Assembly: GCA_028066985.1 (NCBI GenBank)
Contig: JALCBB010000001.1
Coordinates: 1-53,301, forward strand
Length of the DNA stretch: 53,301 nucleotides
From: Alphaproteobacteria bacterium
Lineage (GTDB): Bacteria; Pseudomonadota; Alphaproteobacteria; JALCBB01
Direction: 5' to 3'
Below, one piece after another: positions 17,230 through 26,044 of the stretch. A model generated the notes under the pieces. The model did no database searches and had not been told where the DNA came from. It was given only the letters and a program-made list of their open reading frames with translations. The translations under genes and the position numbers were made by a program. How positions within the stretch are numbered: position 1 is the first letter of the stretch; each line of letters begins with the position of its first letter.

Positions 17230-18170
17230 AAAATAAAAATTCGCGCCTCTCCAAAATCATCCGCAGTCTCGCGCTCGCGGCCATCGTCGCCGTCACCGTC
17301 ACCGTCGCCGCCGCAATTTCCGGCGCCGTCACCCTCGCCCCGTTAACCAAAAACAACCCCGCCCCCTCCCCGCAAACCATCTGGAACATCACCCAGAACA
17401 TCCTCAACCTCCAGGTCCGCCAGATCCGCATCTCCGGCAACCACCACCTCTCAACACCCGAAATCCACAACACCCTCGCCGTCACACCCGGCGACCACAT
17501 CCTCAGACACAACCTCAACCACCTCCAGGACAGACTCCACACCCTGCCCTGGATCGCCGGCGCCTCCGTTCAGCGCGAACTGCCCGACACCCTCACTATC
17601 ACCCTGCGCGAAAAACAGCCCTGCGCCCGACACCAGCACAACAAAAAAATCTCCGTCATTGACACGGACGGACACATCATCCCGAACATCGCGCACGAAA
17701 ACTTCGCGCACCTGCCGCTCCTCGTCGGCGCAAACGCACAGCACGGCTGCCAACTCTGGAACCACTGGACAAAACTCCTCAACGACACGCCCCTCGCCGC
17801 CGCGCGCGTCTCCAACCGCCGATGGAACCTCTACCTGCGGAGCAATGTCGTCCTCATGCTCCCCGAACAAAACCCCGACGCCGCCCTCGCCAGACTGCGG
17901 ACACTCCAGAACAAACACCAACTCCTCTCCACCCTCAAACACCACGCCGCCGAACAAAACCACAGCCTCCTCGTTGACCTCAGAGTCAAAAATCGCATCC
18001 GTCTGCGCGGGTTTAAGTCCAATGAGATAAACAGCGACAGCGCCGGCGCTGTCGCCGCAGCCGCCGCAGCCCCCGCGCCCGACACCGCCGCCGTCTCCGA
18101 CGCCGCGAACAACGACGCCTCCAACGCCGTCTCACACACACTCACACCAGACACACAGGCGCAAAACTGA
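17226..18170 (+). CDS. ftsQ: Cell division protein FtsQ
   Basis: GTG start overlapping the ddl stop (GTGA); N-terminal TM segment then a POTRA-like region (IRISGNHHLSTPEIHNTLAVTPGDHIL); dcw position. Confidence 0.85.
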   Translation: MKNKNSRLSKIIRSLALAAIVAVTVTVAAAISGAVTLAPLTKNNPAPSPQTIWNITQNILNLQVRQIRISGNHHLSTPEIHNTLAVTPGDHILRHNLNHLQDRLHTLPWIAGASVQRELPDTLTITLREKQPCARHQHNKKISVIDTDGHIIPNIAHENFAHLPLLVGANAQHGCQLWNHWTKLLNDTPLAAARVSNRRWNLYLRSNVVLMLPEQNPDAALARLRTLQNKHQLLSTLKHHAAEQNHSLLVDLRVKNRIRLRGFKSNEINSDSAGAVAAAAAAPAPDTAAVSDAANNDASNAVSHTLTPDTQAQN

Positions 18171-19453
18171 TGCCGACCGTGCAGCCGCTCGCCCTGCCAA
18201 GAAACGGCAACACCGTCGCCGCCATTGACCTCGGCACAAGCAAACTCTTCTGCCTCATCGCCGAACTCAATATGGGGCGCCCGCGCATCCTCGGCGCCGC
18301 GCAACTCCAGGCCGAAGGACTCAAACACGGCGACATCACCGACCTCAACCAATTCTCACACTGCCTGCATCAGGTCATTGACGAAGCCGAGACCTCCGCC
18401 GGCGAATCCGCCAGGGATATCTACCTCGCCTTCTCCGGCGGCAACCTCTCCGGACAACTGCTGGAAGGCAATGTGCCGATTGAACCCGGACCCATCAGCA
18501 ACTCCGTGCTGACGCGCGCGCTGGACACCGCCGAAACCATCGCGCGCACATCACTGCGCGGACAGCCGAAACGCGAACTGCTCCATGTCGTGCCGGCTTT
18601 CTACGCCGTCGACGGCAGGCACGGCGTCAGCGACCCGCGCGGCATCCACGCCGACCACCTCAGCCTCTTCGCCAACGCCGTCACAATGTCGCGCGCCGCC
18701 CGCCGCGACCTGGACGCCCTGCGAAAAATCTTTCAGCACAACCGCACGCATATTCTCGCGGCGCCGTGGGCGTCCGCGCTCGCCGTGCTGGACGCGGACG
18801 AAAAAAATCTCGGCGCCATCGTCATTGATATCGGCGCCGAAACGACCTCCGTCACCGAAGTGCGCGCCAACGCGCTGCATACGCTCTCGGTCATCCCCAC
18901 CGGCGGCGCGACACTCACACGCAACATCGCGCGGCAACTCGGAATTACACTGCGCTCCGCCGAGCAGATCAAAACACGCCACGGACACGCCTTCGCCGAC
19001 ATCGCGCCCGACCACGAAACCGTCAAAGTCACGCCGCTCGGCAACTCCGATCACACGCCGAAATCCATGCCGCGCGCGAAACTGCTCAAAGTGCTGCAGC
19101 CGTCGCTGGAAAATATCCTCGCCAAAGTCCGCGAACAACTCAACGCGCTCGCGCCCTCGCCTCACAAACACCTCGTCTTCACCGGCGGCGGCTCGCTCGT
19201 GCCGGGAATTGACATCCTCGCCGAACACATCCTGGAACACAAACCGCGCCTCGCGTCGCCGAAACCGCTCTCGCAACTCGCTGACCTCTACAAAACGCCC
19301 GCGCACGCCGTGTCAGTCGGGACGCTGCTCTGGGCGACACAGCACGAAGATATCGTCATGCCCGAAGAAAAACGCCGGCGCCGGAACCTCTGGCAAAAAC
19401 TGGCTTCACCTCCGCAGCGATGGCTCCACAACGCCATCGGCGCGGAATTCTAA
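18170..19453 (+). CDS. ftsA: Cell division protein FtsA
   Basis: Actin-fold motifs AIDLGTSK, VIDIGAETT and FTGGGSLVPGI; TGATG overlap with the ftsQ stop. Confidence 0.93.
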   Translation: MPTVQPLALPRNGNTVAAIDLGTSKLFCLIAELNMGRPRILGAAQLQAEGLKHGDITDLNQFSHCLHQVIDEAETSAGESARDIYLAFSGGNLSGQLLEGNVPIEPGPISNSVLTRALDTAETIARTSLRGQPKRELLHVVPAFYAVDGRHGVSDPRGIHADHLSLFANAVTMSRAARRDLDALRKIFQHNRTHILAAPWASALAVLDADEKNLGAIVIDIGAETTSVTEVRANALHTLSVIPTGGATLTRNIARQLGITLRSAEQIKTRHGHAFADIAPDHETVKVTPLGNSDHTPKSMPRAKLLKVLQPSLENILAKVREQLNALAPSPHKHLVFTGGGSLVPGIDILAEHILEHKPRLASPKPLSQLADLYKTPAHAVSVGTLLWATQHEDIVMPEEKRRRRNLWQKLASPPQRWLHNAIGAEF

Positions 19454-19510
19454 CCGCGAACGCAAAGTCCGCGACACCCTCACCCTCAACCCTCACCAAG
19501 GAGAAGCAAA

Positions 19511-21655
19511 ATGCCCATCCACATCTCAATCCCCGAAAACCAGAGCGACGACGGCGGCGCCGAAAACTTCGTGCCGTTCAGTCCGAAACTGCTCGTCATC
19601 GGCGTCGGCGGCGGCGGCGGCAACGCCATCAACACGATGGTGCAGAACTCGCTGGCGGATGTTAAATTCCTCGCCTGCAACACCGACCGCCAGGCGCTCC
19701 AGGCCGTGCAGACCGAAAACCGCATCGCCCTCGGCGCGGAAACCACACGCGGCCTCGGCGCCGGATTTGATCCCGAAATCGGACGCGCCGCCGCCGAAGA
19801 GTCGCTCAACGACATCCGTCCGTTCCTGGAGGACGCCGACATGGTCTTCATCACCGCGGGCATGGGCGGCGGCACAGGCACCGGCGCCGCGCCCGTCATC
19901 GCAGAAGCCGCGCGCGAATGCGGATGCCTCACCGTCGGCGTCGTCACCAAGCCCTTCGGGTTTGAAGGCGTCACCAACATGGCGAAAGCCGAAGCCGGGA
20001 TTGACCTGCTGTCGCTTCACACCGACACCAGAATCCTCATCGTCAACGACAATGTGTTCCGCGTCATCAACGAGAAAGTCTCAATGAAGGACATGTATCG
20101 CGTCGTCGACAGCGTCCTCTTTGAAGCCGTCCGCGGCATCACCGACCTCGTGACCAAGCGCGGATACATCAACCTGGACTTCAACGATGTCAAAACCGTC
20201 ATGAGCGAGATGGGCAACGCCGTCATGGGCACCGGCGAAGGCGAGGGCGAACACCGCTCGCAGTACGCCGTTGAAGCCGCGCTGGAAAATCCGCTGCTGG
20301 ACGGCATCTCAATCTCGGGCGCGAAGAGCATCCTGCTCAACATCTCCGGCGGCGACGACATCGGCGCCTTTGAAGTGCAGGGCGCCGTTGAGGAAATCCG
20401 CAAGCAACTCGACGACAATGTGCGCTTCATCTTCGGACACACCATTGATCCCGACCTTGAAGGCAAATTCCGCGTCTCGCTCATCGCCACCGGAATGGAT
20501 GTCGCCGACGCCGCCGAGGGCGACAACTCCAATCTCACGCAGACGGCGACGCCGATACGGCGATTCACTCCCGCCATCGTCGTCGGAGGCGCGGCAGGCG
20601 CCGCCGCCAACACCGCGAGCGGCTCGGTCGGGTCGGCAGGCGGCGGCGGATCGGTGCGAACCGCGACAAGCATGTCCGCCGGCGGGGGAGGGGGCGCCGC
20701 GACCGCGCTCGCCGTCGCCGTCCAGCCCGACGAAGAGCCGGACACGCAGGAACTCACCCTGCCCGAACAGGAGACGGCGGAGTCTGTCGCGCCGGTTGAG
20801 ACGAAGAAGCCGGCCGAAGTTGTCAGCGTCGCGACGGGCGCCAAAGTTGAAACAGCCGCCGCGCCTGTTGCTCCCGTTGCGCCTGTCGCGCCTGTTTCGT
20901 CGTCCGTCTCGCCCGTTGAGTCTGTCAAGGCGACCGAGACAGACAACAATGACGGGACTGCCAATGTTTCCGTCTCCGAAAACGGCGCCGTTTCGGACGC
21001 CGGTGAAACCGCGTCCGCGAAGGCGTATGTGCCGCCCGCGCCGCAGACCGTCTATCCGACAGGACACGCCGCCAAGCGCGCCAACGACGCCTACGCGAAC
21101 AGCGGCTCGCCCGTGTCGTCATTCTGGGAGCGCGTGCGCGCGCAGCGCAAGGAGATGGAGAGCGTCCTCGCGACTAAGCAGGTCGCCGTGCCGTCGCCGA
21201 TACAGGTGCCGTCAGAGACAGAGACAAAAACAGAAACGGCGACAACCGCCGCGCCCGTTTCTGTCGCGCCTCCCGAGGCAAGCGCGGAGACAACAGCAGA
21301 GACGACAACGGTGACAACAACACCGCCCGCTGTCTCCGTCACTGAGTCCGTCGCTGAATCTGTCGCCGAGCCTGTCGCTGAATCCGTCAAGGCCGACGAG
21401 GACGCGGACGGCGGCAAGGTCGCTGTCGCCACCGGCGCTGCCGGTTCCGCTGGCGCGAAAGTTGAGTCCGCGCCCGCCGTCTCTGTCTCCGATGACAGCG
21501 ATGACGACAACGGCGGCGGCAGTGTCGGCGTCTCCGAGACGGCGGCGGAGGACGAGGCGCAGATGCGGCTCAAGATCACGCCGAAGGAGTCGGCGAGTCT
21601 TGTGTCGTCCGAGAACCCGATGCCGAAAATTCCTGCGTTCCTGCTGCGGAAGTAG
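19511..21655 (+). CDS. ftsZ: Cell division protein FtsZ with a very long low-complexity linker
   Basis: GVGGGGGNAIN and tubulin signature GMGGGTGTGAAPV. A linker of about 390 aa rich in A/P/V/E/T/S. Conserved C-terminal peptide KIPAFLLRK. Confidence 0.97.
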   Translation: MPIHISIPENQSDDGGAENFVPFSPKLLVIGVGGGGGNAINTMVQNSLADVKFLACNTDRQALQAVQTENRIALGAETTRGLGAGFDPEIGRAAAEESLNDIRPFLEDADMVFITAGMGGGTGTGAAPVIAEAARECGCLTVGVVTKPFGFEGVTNMAKAEAGIDLLSLHTDTRILIVNDNVFRVINEKVSMKDMYRVVDSVLFEAVRGITDLVTKRGYINLDFNDVKTVMSEMGNAVMGTGEGEGEHRSQYAVEAALENPLLDGISISGAKSILLNISGGDDIGAFEVQGAVEEIRKQLDDNVRFIFGHTIDPDLEGKFRVSLIATGMDVADAAEGDNSNLTQTATPIRRFTPAIVVGGAAGAAANTASGSVGSAGGGGSVRTATSMSAGGGGGAATALAVAVQPDEEPDTQELTLPEQETAESVAPVETKKPAEVVSVATGAKVETAAAPVAPVAPVAPVSSSVSPVESVKATETDNNDGTANVSVSENGAVSDAGETASAKAYVPPAPQTVYPTGHAAKRANDAYANSGSPVSSFWERVRAQRKEMESVLATKQVAVPSPIQVPSETETKTETATTAAPVSVAPPEASAETTAETTTVTTTPPAVSVTESVAESVAEPVAESVKADEDADGGKVAVATGAAGSAGAKVESAPAVSVSDDSDDDNGGGSVGVSETAAEDEAQMRLKITPKESASLVSSENPMPKIPAFLLRK

Positions 21656-21673
21656 GCTCGGACGGCGCGCAAA

Positions 21674-21714
21674 ACGGGGACCGATCGCCGCGCGGTCGGT
21701 CTCCGTTTGTTTTT
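21674..21714 (+). terminator. Rho-independent terminator after ftsZ
   Basis: 14-bp stem ACGGGGACCGATCG (21674-21687) / CGGTCGGTCTCCGT (21693-21706) with two G-T pairs, loop CCGCG, then TTGTTTTT. Confidence 0.7.
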
Positions 21715-21805
21715 GCGGCGTCATAAAACGCTGTATCGCGTCAAAGTGCGATACATTCCGCAAAACCCGTTGCCAGACACCGCGCGCGCGCACTAACCTC
21801 AACCA

Positions 21806-22654
21806 ATGGACGCCCAGCCGCAGACCACCATCGCCGCGCCCGTCTCGTGGGAGGGCTACGGACTGCATCGCGGACGGCACGGTGTCGCGTCGGTGCTGCC
21901 CGCCGAGGAGAATGTCGGCTACAGAATTCGCAAGTCGGGCGGCGATCCGAAAGACGACATTAAAGTGTCTCCGCTCTATGCGGAGCCGTCGCCGTTGCAG
22001 ACGCAGTTGCGGCGCGGCGGACAGCGCGCGTATACGGTTGAACATTTGTTGTCGGCGTGTTACGGGCTGGGGCTGGACAATGTTGTGATTGAGTTGAGCG
22101 AGGAGGAGCCTCCGATACTTGACGGCAGCGCGTTTTTGTTCGCGCGCGACATTCATGCGGCGGGCGTGCGCGAGCAGGGGGCGCCGCGCCGGGTGCTGGA
22201 GGTTGCGGAGCCTTTTACGCACAGCGAGGGCGCGACGGAGATGCGTTTTCTGCCGTCGTCGGCGCTGGAGATTGTGGTGGAGATTGATTTTGAGGCTTTG
22301 GCTATCGGGTATCAGCGGCTGGAGATTTGTCTGACGCCGGAGCGGTATTTGCGCGAGGTCGCGCCGGCGCGGACTTTTCTGTTGCGGGAGGATTTGCCGT
22401 TTATGCGGCGGTATGGTCTGGGTCGCGGGGGGAATTTGAAGAACGCGATTATTGTGGATGGTGCGCGGGTGCATAGTCAGGAGCCGTTGCGGTTTGCGGA
22501 TGAGTTTGTGCGTCATAAGTTGCTGGATCTTGTGGGGGATCTGGCGTTATTGGGGGCGCCGTTGCGGGGCCGTGTGGAGGTTAACCGGCCTGGTCACAGT
22601 GTTACGATTAATGCGCTCCGCGAGTGGACAACGAAGCACCCCCTTCGGCATTAG
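21806..22654 (+). CDS. lpxC: UDP-3-O-acyl-N-acetylglucosamine deacetylase LpxC
   Basis: VEHLLSACYGLGLDN, PILDGSA and FVRHKLLDLVGDLAL motifs. The last ~9 codons and the TAG stop lie inside a repeat arm. Confidence 0.93.
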   Translation: MDAQPQTTIAAPVSWEGYGLHRGRHGVASVLPAEENVGYRIRKSGGDPKDDIKVSPLYAEPSPLQTQLRRGGQRAYTVEHLLSACYGLGLDNVVIELSEEEPPILDGSAFLFARDIHAAGVREQGAPRRVLEVAEPFTHSEGATEMRFLPSSALEIVVEIDFEALAIGYQRLEICLTPERYLREVAPARTFLLREDLPFMRRYGLGRGGNLKNAIIVDGARVHSQEPLRFADEFVRHKLLDLVGDLALLGAPLRGRVEVNRPGHSVTINALREWTTKHPLRH

Positions 22655-22775
22655 TGGGAGTCTGACTTAGACAGTCACGATAGCCGCTCAAGCGAACCGC
22701 GCCCGCTGATGCCCGCAGGCGCTGCCCGCAGAAAAATTAAAATTTAATTTGACTATTATATATAAGGGGCTGACT
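22626..22775 (-). repeat. Solo arm plus partial AT core, overlapping the lpxC 3' end
   Basis: GGACAACGAAGCAC terminus at 22626, GGCATTAGTGGG 22647-22658, GACTTAGACAGTCACGAT, GCTCAAGCGA, CCCGCTGATGCC 22702-22713, hairpin 22715-22729, then a degenerate core (TTGACTATTATATATAAGGGG). Confidence 0.85.
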
Positions 22776-22937
22776 TTCCCGCCTTTTCGCCTCCCGCTGT
22801 GATTCGGAGAATGATAATGCCTGCCACTGATTGACGGGGGCTTTGATCCGTCACGACAGCAAGCCGTAAAATTATGACTAAATTATGCCAAAAATCACAA
22901 CTCCTTGAAATTGCTGAATTTTTGTGTAAGGGAAACT

Positions 22938-22986
22938 AACAACAAATAATTTTGTGTTAGGGAAAATGCGAATTCCCTTACACAAA
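22938..22986 (-). terminator. Rho-independent terminator of the fic gene
   Basis: On the minus strand: TTTGTGTAAGGGAA / TTCCCTAACACAAA stem (13 of 14 pairs), 8-nt loop, then AUUAUUUGUUGUU. A third copy of the stem sequence at 22921-22934 allows an alternative pairing. Confidence 0.6.
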
Positions 22987-23004
22987 CCATATATCCCGTT
23001 GATT

Positions 23005-24141
23005 TCACTTCATTTCTTTTTTCACGGTCTCAGAGAGTTCGTGAAAAACGAAGATAGAGGCACGGTTCCCGCTTGCGGGTACTCTCTCCTTCACAAACCC
23101 CTCTTCGCACATGACCTTAACAAGTTTGTTGGCAGTGATGCGGGAGCATCCGATGTCCTGCATGAGTCCGGGGGTCGTGAACATTGGTTTCTTAAATATG
23201 AAATCCAGCGCGTAAACGCCGAAAGGCGACTTGACAGCCCGCAAAATGGACTTTTTGCGATCTTCATAAAGAGACACGATCGCGTGAATCTTTTGACAGT
23301 CCCGGTTCGCCTGCACCTTGAGGGCGTCCAGAAAGAACTCGCACCATCCTGTCCAGTCGCCGTCACGCGAAACGCGCAGGAGACCGTCCATATACTCGTC
23401 GCGATGTTCCTCCAGGTATTCGCTGATGTAGAAATACGGCTGCGACAGAATGCGGCCGCCGTCCATCTTCTTGTCATACAGGAAGAGCGGTATCAGGAGG
23501 CGGCCCAGCCTTCCGTTGCCGTCATGAAACGGATGAATCGCCTCAAATTCGGCATGCACCAGAGCCAGTTGTACCAGAGGATCCGGATACGACTGCTCGT
23601 TCATAAAACTCTCCCAGACATCCATCGCCTGCTGCAGATCATCCGGGGCGCACGGGATGAATCTGGCACTGGCAATATCAGAGCCGGGATCGCCTATATA
23701 ATTCTGCGTTGCGCGATACTCGCCGGGAGACTTTCCGCGTCCGCGCACCCCGCTTAACATGATTTTGTGCGTCCTCTTGATGAGGTTGTGAGACAAGGGG
23801 CGTTTTTCGAGCGAACTAGACGCTCTCCCCAGCGCGAAGATGTAATTGATCACTTCGTGCATATTTGCCACAAAGGGATATTCTTCCCTGACATTGCCGG
23901 TCTGCGCTTCAAACAGCAGCACCTCCTCCAGGGTGGTCTGTGTCCCCTCAATTTTGTTTGAGGCGATCGCTTCCAGACGAGTCATGGGGTTGAGCAGAAC
24001 CGCCGGATTCGGAATGCTTCTCAGACCCTCTTCGTACGCCGAGATTGCGCGCATCGCGCCGCTGGTTCTGGGCGCCAGACGCTCCCAGTCCAGATTTTTC
24101 GGCGGAAATTTTCCGCGATGATATTTTACCGGCTTCGCCAT
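23005..24141 (-). CDS. Fic family protein (AMPylase-type Fic domain with N-terminal inhibitory-type motif)
   Basis: Fic motif HPFHDGNGRLGR; N-terminal SNKIEG matching the (S/T)xxxE(G/N) inhibitory helix pattern. Refined start ATG 24141, preceded by GGGAGG 8 nt upstream. Visibly lower GC than its neighbours. Confidence 0.85.
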   Translation of the reverse strand: MAKPVKYHRGKFPPKNLDWERLAPRTSGAMRAISAYEEGLRSIPNPAVLLNPMTRLEAIASNKIEGTQTTLEEVLLFEAQTGNVREEYPFVANMHEVINYIFALGRASSSLEKRPLSHNLIKRTHKIMLSGVRGRGKSPGEYRATQNYIGDPGSDIASARFIPCAPDDLQQAMDVWESFMNEQSYPDPLVQLALVHAEFEAIHPFHDGNGRLGRLLIPLFLYDKKMDGGRILSQPYFYISEYLEEHRDEYMDGLLRVSRDGDWTGWCEFFLDALKVQANRDCQKIHAIVSLYEDRKKSILRAVKSPFGVYALDFIFKKPMFTTPGLMQDIGCSRITANKLVKVMCEEGFVKERVPASGNRASIFVFHELSETVKKEMK

Positions 24142-24155
24142 CAGAACACCTCCCG

Positions 24156-25352
24156 TCAACGCAAATCAGGGTTAGTAAGGGGAACCTCGAACACCTGGCC
24201 CGGAAAGATCAAATCCGGATTCTCAATCTGTCCGCGATTGCGCTCGAAAATCACGCTGTACAAAAAACCCTCCCCCAACTCGCGCCGCGCTATCAACCAC
24301 AAACTGTTCCCACGCTCAACCACCACAACCTTGCCAACACCCACAGCACGACCCTCCGCATCCTCGCCCGTCACACCGCCATGATCAGCCAGAAACTCCT
24401 CGCCATGACGCACAAACGGCGCCTTCAACTTCCACATCACACGACCATTCGCATTCCGCAACTCAACCTCAAGACGATGCTCGCCCTCCGCAATCGGAGC
24501 ATCCGGCACCAGAAGCCATACCCCGTCCGCCGCCACATACGCGTCGCCCACACCGCGACCGTCAATCTGCGCCACAATATGTCCGCCCGCCGGCGCGCGA
24601 CCGCGGATAGTCGCGTTGCCGTCCTCGTCATAATCAACCGACTCAAGACGCAGCGCCCCCACCACCAGTCCGCCCGCCGCGCCCTGCAAAACACGGCGCT
24701 CCGCCCCAGGCTCCTTGCCAAGCAAAAATACCTGGCTCTCATTCGCCGGACGTCCCTCAGGAACATCAATCACCACCAAGTCCTCGCTCAAGCGCGGACG
24801 ATACCCCTCAAGACGCGAACGCAAATCCAGCCGATGCGAACCAGCCTCAAGATCCGTGTCCGGCAGCAACAGCCACTCGCCGCGCCGATCCGCCTGCGCC
24901 GTGCCGACCGCCTCGCCGTCAAGCAAAACCGTGACATCAGAACCGGGCGCCGCGCGTCCGGCAAGAATAGCCGCGCCGCCAGGCTGCACACGCACAACAT
25001 CAAACGACGGCGCCGGACCAGGCGCCTCAGGACGCAACTGCTCCTGCGCGACCTGCTGCGCCTCAATGCTCTGCTGCTCGCTGCGGCGCAGAAAACCCTC
25101 GTCGCCCGCAAGACTCCACCACACCGCCGCCACAAAAGCGAAAATCAGGACAATCACAAGTCCGCGCAGAACGAGAGCCTCGGAAAACGCGGCGCCTTTT
25201 CCGCCGCCGCCGCGCCGTCCTGAACGCCCCGCGCGCGCCTCCTGCGCCGGCGTAGGCTTGACGACAACCGCGGGCGTGACGGCGCGGCCGCGCATGCTCT
25301 CCACCCTGCGGAGCGCAGACGCAAGACTTTGCAAATTCCTGTTTTTAGACAT
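24156..25352 (-). CDS. LysM peptidoglycan-binding domain-containing membrane-anchored protein
   Basis: N-terminal TM segment (LVIVLIFAFVAAVWW) and C-terminal LysM (VVERGNSLWLIARRELGEGFLYSVIFERNRGQIENPDLIFPGQVFEVP). Confidence 0.8.
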   Translation of the reverse strand: MSKNRNLQSLASALRRVESMRGRAVTPAVVVKPTPAQEARAGRSGRRGGGGKGAAFSEALVLRGLVIVLIFAFVAAVWWSLAGDEGFLRRSEQQSIEAQQVAQEQLRPEAPGPAPSFDVVRVQPGGAAILAGRAAPGSDVTVLLDGEAVGTAQADRRGEWLLLPDTDLEAGSHRLDLRSRLEGYRPRLSEDLVVIDVPEGRPANESQVFLLGKEPGAERRVLQGAAGGLVVGALRLESVDYDEDGNATIRGRAPAGGHIVAQIDGRGVGDAYVAADGVWLLVPDAPIAEGEHRLEVELRNANGRVMWKLKAPFVRHGEEFLADHGGVTGEDAEGRAVGVGKVVVVERGNSLWLIARRELGEGFLYSVIFERNRGQIENPDLIFPGQVFEVPLTNPDLR

Positions 25353-25450
25353 CGCGGGGCTGTGCTATCGTAGGTTCGCGGGATCACCCGGGGGCGGAAA
25401 TAGTCTAGCCCGCACAACCAAATTAGGCAATCGGAAAGGACACCTCACAA

Positions 25451-26032
25451 GTGACGGCATCCCCGGACGACAACTGGCGCGGACTGTCGCTCTGCGTGTT
25501 CTGCGGCGGCTCGGAAGCCGCGCCCGCCGCGCATGTCAGCAGCGCGCGCAGCCTCGGACGCATCCTCGGCGAGCGCGGCATTCGGCTCATCTTCGGCGGC
25601 GGCGAGATCGGTCTGATGGGCGCGGTCGCGCGCGGCTGCATGGAGACCGGCGGCATCACTTACGGCGTGATTCCGGAGTTCATTACGCACCTTGAGCGTC
25701 CGTGCGAGGGACTGTCGCGGCTTGAGGTCGTGCAGACAATGCACGAGCGCACCGCGCGCATGCACGCTCTCGCCGACGCCTTCATCGCGCTGCCCGGCGG
25801 CATCGGCACGCTGGAGGAGGTGCTGGAGTTCTCCACTTATCGCTCGCTCGGCGTGCATGACAAGCATATTATTCTCGTCAATCTTGACGACTTCTGGCGT
25901 CCGCTGTTTCGGGTGTTTGAGGCGATGGCGGCGCTCGGCTATTTCCGCGAGCCGTGGGAGCCTCTGTTCACCGTGATAAACAGCGAGACCGAAGTCGTGG
26001 CGACGCTTGAAAATCTGAAACTGCTTCGGTAG
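25451..26032 (+). CDS. LOG family protein (TIGR00730-type lysine-decarboxylase-like Rossmann fold)
   Basis: CVFCGGS, IFGGGEIGLMG and LPGGIGTLEE motifs; GTG start. Confidence 0.85.
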   Translation: MTASPDDNWRGLSLCVFCGGSEAAPAAHVSSARSLGRILGERGIRLIFGGGEIGLMGAVARGCMETGGITYGVIPEFITHLERPCEGLSRLEVVQTMHERTARMHALADAFIALPGGIGTLEEVLEFSTYRSLGVHDKHIILVNLDDFWRPLFRVFEAMAALGYFREPWEPLFTVINSETEVVATLENLKLLR

Positions 26033-26044
26033 GATGGACGGACT

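Noticed and set aside
21733-21754. GTATCGC-N8-GCGATAC inverted repeat upstream of lpxC as an operator
   Set aside because: It is a single 7-bp inverted repeat with no second copy in the window and no known regulator motif. It is recorded but not called.
22954-23757. 267-aa plus-strand ORF inside the Fic island
   Set aside because: It is antisense to the Fic gene, which carries the canonical HPFxxGNGRxxR motif and a good ribosome-binding site. The ORF itself shows no motif.
23005-24155. Fic gene as part of a two-gene toxin-antitoxin module
   Set aside because: There is no small partner ORF on either side. The upstream neighbour is a 398-aa LysM protein of native composition and the downstream side is a terminator. 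The inhibitory-type motif (SNKIEG) lies within the Fic protein itself.
25398-25415. AAATAGTCTAGCCCGCAC in the LysM/LOG divergent spacer as a deleted relic of a core plus GCGGGCTAGCCCGC hairpin
   Set aside because: It is only about 18 nt, matches two non-adjacent parts of an element and has no other boxes nearby. This is too short to separate from chance.
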